Below are positions 40,873-44,118 of a stretch of 44,118 nt of DNA, piece by piece (the first letter of the stretch is position 1; each line of letters opens with the position of its first letter). The translations under genes and the position numbers were made by a program. The stretch is from an uncultured Planctomycetaceae bacterium. Lineage in GTDB: Bacteria; Planctomycetota; Phycisphaerae; UBA1845; UTPLA1. The stretch is from the NCBI GenBank assembly GCA_964514515.1, contig CAZERK010000001.1, positions 1-44,118 of the forward strand, read 5' to 3'. Below the pieces are notes generated by a model, which did not search any database, had not been told where the DNA came from, and worked only from the letters and a program-made list of their open reading frames with translations.

Positions 40873-42786
40873 GTGCCGGTGCCCATGGGAGCGCTCCGAC
40901 CACAGTTCGCTTCGCACACTTGGCTGCTCGTGATCCTGTGCGCGCTCTTCACCACCGGGGTTGCCCACGCGCAGACGCCGTCGTACGCCCGCCCTGAAGA
41001 AGTCGCGAGCCTGGACGCGCTGCTCGTCAACTTGGGCGACGTACAGAATCCGCCGCCGTACAGCCCCGCGGACTACATCGAGCTGAGTCGCCTGCTGTCC
41101 ACGCCGTGCGACCAACTCGAGTGGCTCGCCGTCCAGGCCCGCACACTGCTCAATCAAGCCCCCCGCCGCGCCGACGCCGGGCGCCTCGCCCAGGCCGCCC
41201 TCGCCCGCGGGCAAACGCTGACCCAACGCGGCCTGCTCGACCAATGCGCTGCGCTCGCCGCCCTGACCGAGATCGCCGGGCAATTCGAATCGCTCGAGGG
41301 CGTCACCGATCCGGATGCCCTGCGCGGACGGCTGGAGAAGGCGGCCAACCTCATGGAACTGCCGGCGGCGACGAAGTTCCTGCTCCTCGCGCGCGGAGCC
41401 GGCGCGCGGCAGCTCTTCGGGCGCGGCGCCTCCGAACCGTGGGACGTGCCGCGTCAGATCGTCGATCGCCTGGCGGCCCGCCCTGAACTGCCGCCCTTCG
41501 CCGAATTGCTGGACGCGCAGCAGCGCCTCAGCGCCGCCGCACAGCAGTGGACCAAGACTGCCACCACCGACTTCCCCGACGCAGCCCAGCAGCAACTGGT
41601 CGCGAATTCGTTCCGGATCGCGTCGGCCCTGCTCGATCGCGCGCTGGGCGTGGACGACGTGACCGCCCGCTCGGATCAAACGCTCGCCTATCCCACGGAC
41701 GCGGCCGACTGGACGAAATTGGCTACCGACTGCGCCACGCCCGTCGCCCGTACCTGGGCCGCCCTCGCGCATCTGCTGGCAGGATGTGCTTCGGACGACC
41801 CCGCGAGCAGCGTCAGCGCGGCCCAGACGTTGTGGGCGGATGTGCGCAAGGTCTCGCCGAATACTTGGCCGGCGCTGGACGACGTGACCGCCGGCTGGCT
41901 CGGCCGGTGCGCCGCCGCCGACCGTCAACTCGTGGCACGACAACTCCCCTTGGCACGCAACTATGTCGGCGCCGGGCGCGCGGCACGGGCCCCGCTCGAG
42001 GCCCGCGTCCGCGCACTCGCGAGCGACAGCGGCACCAATCCCGACGAGTTGTTGCGGACCATTCAGCAGGCCAAGGCGGCGGAACTGGGACTGGGCAGTG
42101 TTACGGCCAGCCTGGATGACCTGAAGCGCGAATTCGAGACGCAACTCGTCTACCTGTTTGTGGAAATGTGCGAGCTGCAGCCGGCACAGTCCGGCCAGCC
42201 GTCGAACTATTGCGGCGTGGCCCTGTACCGCACGCGCTACGAAGAGAAGATGGCCGGCGTCGAGTACAAGGACGAATGGGCCACCAAGATCCTGCGGCCG
42301 GCAGGTAGCATGCAGGCCGTCCTCGCCGATGCGCTGGCAGCGCCGGGACCGCCCCTGCGTGAAGGCGGCCAGATTCGCAAGGACGCCCGCATCCTGCTGG
42401 CGCTGGATGGCCCCCCGCCGGTCGAGTGGTTCGACTACGAGAACACGACTCTCATGCAGGCCACCGAGTGGAGTGTCACGCCGAGTTGGGTCGTGTACCT
42501 GCCCAGCGCGGCCGCGCTGAAGTCGAACGAGTGGAACCTCGACGCGGCCCTGCGCGGGTGGTACCGCGCGGCGTTGCGGCGCGGGACCGCCCCACCGACG
42601 GTGAGCGCCCCGCCGCAGACGCTGGCGACAGGTCTGGGGGGCGCCCCGCTGACCCGTACGGACATGCAGCTTTACTCGGTGGGCTTCGCCGGGGCGTCCG
42701 GCGGCAACGCGACGAAAATCGCCGATTTCATGACCACCAAGCGGCGCGGCAAACTGACGGCCCTGGCACTGTGGGTCGACAAGTAG
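40873..42786 (+). CDS. Secreted hypothetical protein (637 aa; Ala/Leu-rich helical, several Cys)
   Basis: GTG at 40873 (alternative ATG at 40885). Signal peptide ...WLLVILCALFTTGVAHA-QT. No family recognised. Same strand as the adhesin gene, 57 nt downstream of it. Followed by a hairpin plus T-tract. Confidence 0.7.
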   Translation: MPVPMGALRPQFASHTWLLVILCALFTTGVAHAQTPSYARPEEVASLDALLVNLGDVQNPPPYSPADYIELSRLLSTPCDQLEWLAVQARTLLNQAPRRADAGRLAQAALARGQTLTQRGLLDQCAALAALTEIAGQFESLEGVTDPDALRGRLEKAANLMELPAATKFLLLARGAGARQLFGRGASEPWDVPRQIVDRLAARPELPPFAELLDAQQRLSAAAQQWTKTATTDFPDAAQQQLVANSFRIASALLDRALGVDDVTARSDQTLAYPTDAADWTKLATDCATPVARTWAALAHLLAGCASDDPASSVSAAQTLWADVRKVSPNTWPALDDVTAGWLGRCAAADRQLVARQLPLARNYVGAGRAARAPLEARVRALASDSGTNPDELLRTIQQAKAAELGLGSVTASLDDLKREFETQLVYLFVEMCELQPAQSGQPSNYCGVALYRTRYEEKMAGVEYKDEWATKILRPAGSMQAVLADALAAPGPPLREGGQIRKDARILLALDGPPPVEWFDYENTTLMQATEWSVTPSWVVYLPSAAALKSNEWNLDAALRGWYRAALRRGTAPPTVSAPPQTLATGLGGAPLTRTDMQLYSVGFAGASGGNATKIADFMTTKRRGKLTALALWVDK

Positions 42787-42789
42787 GCC

Positions 42790-42809
42790 CGGGTCGGACC
42801 CGACTTTTT
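42790..42809 (+). terminator. Candidate intrinsic terminator after the 637-aa gene
   Basis: CGGGT (42790-42794), loop CGG, ACCCG (42798-42802), then AC-TTTTT (42805-42809). It starts 4 nt after the TAG stop. The stem is short (5 bp). Confidence 0.4.
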
Positions 42810-42832
42810 GCCGCCCCGGAGCGGCGAATTCT

Positions 42833-42861
42833 TTGACGACGGACGCCCGGCGGGGGATACT
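42833..42861 (+). promoter_or_regulatory. Sigma70-like promoter candidate upstream of the cold-shock-domain gene
   Basis: TTGACG (42833-42838), 17-nt spacer, GATACT (42856-42861). This would give a 5' UTR of about 85 nt before the ATG at 42953. Confidence 0.4.
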
Positions 42862-42952
42862 GAAGACCCGCTCCGGGTTGGAGCGGTCCCGGCTATCGGC
42901 CATCCACGGGTGATGCCGCGTTGGGCTGGACCGCAGCCGAGGTCACGGCGCC

Positions 42953-43129
42953 ATGGCCGAGGGCACGGTGCCGTGGTTCAATGACACCAAGGGCTTCGGC
43001 TTCATCGAGTCCGATGACGGCCAGGACGCGCTGGTTCAGAACACCGCCATCGTCGGCGAGGGACGCAAGCCCCTGAAGGAAGGCGACCGCGTGCAGCTCG
43101 ACCTCCAATGCAGCGACCAAGGCCCCTAG
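42953..43129 (+). CDS. Short divergent cold-shock-domain protein (58 aa)
   Basis: Below the ORF-track size cut-off. My translation: MAEGTVPWFNDTKGFGFIESDDGQDALVQNTAIVGEGRKPLKEGDRVQLDLQCSDQGP, with TAG at 43127-43129. GTV-x-WFN-x-x-KGFGFI (RNP1) is present. The RNP2 position reads ALVQN instead of VFVHF. GAGG lies 10 nt upstream. Confidence 0.75.
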   Translation: MAEGTVPWFNDTKGFGFIESDDGQDALVQNTAIVGEGRKPLKEGDRVQLDLQCSDQGP

Positions 43130-43306
43130 GCCGTGAACGTAAAGGTCAAACGCTAGTGCCGCCCCGCCGCACGCGTCCTACAATCCCCGTACGACGTCAG
43201 GCGCGGTTCACACTGGCGCGCGGCCTGCTGTGCCCGGCCTCACGCGTCCCCGGTCGTTTCACGCAGAGCGCTGTCCGTCAGCGCCCCCGCACGGAAAGGA
43301 TACATT

Positions 43307-44118
43307 GTGCGTATTGCACTGGTTAACCCCATCACTCGCCGCTCGCAGGGCTACCACACCATTGGCAGCTTCCTGCCGCAACTCGGCCTGCAGGTCCTGG
43401 CCGACCTGGTGCCCGCCGGCCACCAGGTCGACATCTACGATGAGGTCTTCGGCCCTGAAGCCACGGAAACCAACCTCACGCCCGAGCGTTACGACCTCGT
43501 CGGCGTGACCGGCTATACCAGCGGCGCTACCCGGGCCTACGAAATCGCGACCCTCTGCCGCCAGCGCGGCCTGCCCACGATCATGGGCGGCCCGCACGCC
43601 TCCGCCTGCCCCGACGAGGCCGCCAAGTACTTCGACTCCATCGCCGTCGGCGAATGCGATGAGATCTGGCCGCGCATCATAGCCGACGCCGCCGCCGGAC
43701 ACCTGCAGCCGCGCTACCAGGGCACACTCTCCGACCTGGAGACCTCCGGCCTGGGCCGCGGTCGCCAGACCATCCAGCCGGTCAACGGCCAATACGACGT
43801 GGCGGCCCTGCAGACCTCGCGCGGCTGCCCGGTTGGCTGCGAGTACTGCTCGGTGACGCGCTTCAACGGCCCGAACATCCGCCGCCGCCGCATCGCGGAC
43901 ATCCTGGAGGAGTGGAACGCCACGAGCAAGAACTTCATCTTCGTCGTGGATGACAACTTCTTCGGCGTGGGCCCCAAGCATGCCGCATGGGCCAAGGAGC
44001 TGCTGCGCGAGATCATCAAGAAGGGCCGCAAGCGGCTGTGGTTCAGTCAGACCACGATCAACATGGGCGACGATCCGGAGGGGCTGGCACTGGCGTACAA
44101 GGCCGGCTGCCGCGGGAT
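43307..44118 (+). CDS. B12-binding-domain radical SAM protein, 5' part (runs off the right edge)
   Basis: Absent from the ORF track (no stop in the window). GTG at 43307-43309 with GGAAAGGA (43293-43300). My translation: VRIALVNPITRRSQGYHTIGSFLPQLGLQVLADLVPAGHQVDIYDE...DLVGVTGYTSGATRAYEIATLCRQRGLPTIMGGPHASACPDEA...LQTSRGCPVGCEYCSVTRF... This is a B12-binding-like Rossmann part followed by the CxxxCxxC radical SAM cluster motif. Confidence 0.85.
   Translation, partial: MRIALVNPITRRSQGYHTIGSFLPQLGLQVLADLVPAGHQVDIYDEVFGPEATETNLTPERYDLVGVTGYTSGATRAYEIATLCRQRGLPTIMGGPHASACPDEAAKYFDSIAVGECDEIWPRIIADAAAGHLQPRYQGTLSDLETSGLGRGRQTIQPVNGQYDVAALQTSRGCPVGCEYCSVTRFNGPNIRRRRIADILEEWNATSKNFIFVVDDNFFGVGPKHAAWAKELLREIIKKGRKRLWFSQTTINMGDDPEGLALAYKAGCRG

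Noticed and set aside
40756-42903. 715-aa minus-strand ORF opposite the secreted 637-aa gene
   Set aside because: The same shadow-ORF pattern applies. It has no RBS or motifs. The plus-strand ORF has a clean signal peptide and operon context.
42893-43120. 75-aa minus-strand ORF
   Set aside because: It lies antisense to the cold-shock-domain gene, whose KGFGFI motif identifies the true coding strand.
43259-43981. 240-aa minus-strand ORF (and 43714..44031)
   Set aside because: It lies antisense to the radical SAM gene, which shows the B12-binding and CxxxCxxC motifs on the plus strand.
1-44118. Mobile elements, CRISPR arrays, tRNA/rRNA genes
   Set aside because: I saw no direct-repeat/spacer periodicity, no transposase, integrase or recombinase-like translations, and no tRNA-like or rRNA-like stretches. 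The only tandem repeats are the in-frame coding repeats reported above.

Overview
This is a very GC-rich bacterial chromosomal segment. Third codon positions are almost all G/C, so long antisense shadow ORFs occur throughout. I see three blocks.

(1) 1-32154, entirely on the minus strand: a complete canonical type VI secretion (T6SS) locus with a TssJLM membrane complex and ClpV. Transcription order is: membrane pseudokinase with an FGE-sulfatase-like C-terminus, coiled-coil protein, tssJ, tssK, tssL, tssM, tagF, tssA, tssB, tssC, hcp, tssE, tssF, tssG, clpV, vgrG, HExxH metallopeptidase-like cargo, 298-aa unknown, and a PAAR protein that runs off the left edge.

(2) 32400-42786, plus strand, divergent from the T6SS across a 245-nt control region: an uncharacterised envelope module. 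It holds two tandem mini signal-peptide/lipoprotein genes, a helical-domain + beta-barrel outer-membrane protein, a secreted FecR-like protein, a ~1560-aa Ig-like/CARDB/TSP3-like surface protein ending in a Cys-TM-Arg sorting signal, and a secreted 637-aa unknown.

(3) 42953-44118: a short, divergent cold-shock-domain gene missed by the ORF track, and the 5' part of a B12-binding radical SAM gene, also missed because it runs off the window.

I recognised no rRNA, tRNA, CRISPR array, transposase or integrase.

The best candidates for new biology are:
- the regulatory head of the T6SS: a catalytically degenerate PpkA-like kinase fused to a TagR-like domain, plus a coiled-coil protein in the Fha slot, with no FHA or PP2C gene seen;
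- the vgrG-linked metallopeptidase / unknown / split-PAAR cargo string;
- the divergently transcribed barrel / FecR / adhesin module.

All family calls come from reading motifs by eye. No searches were run.
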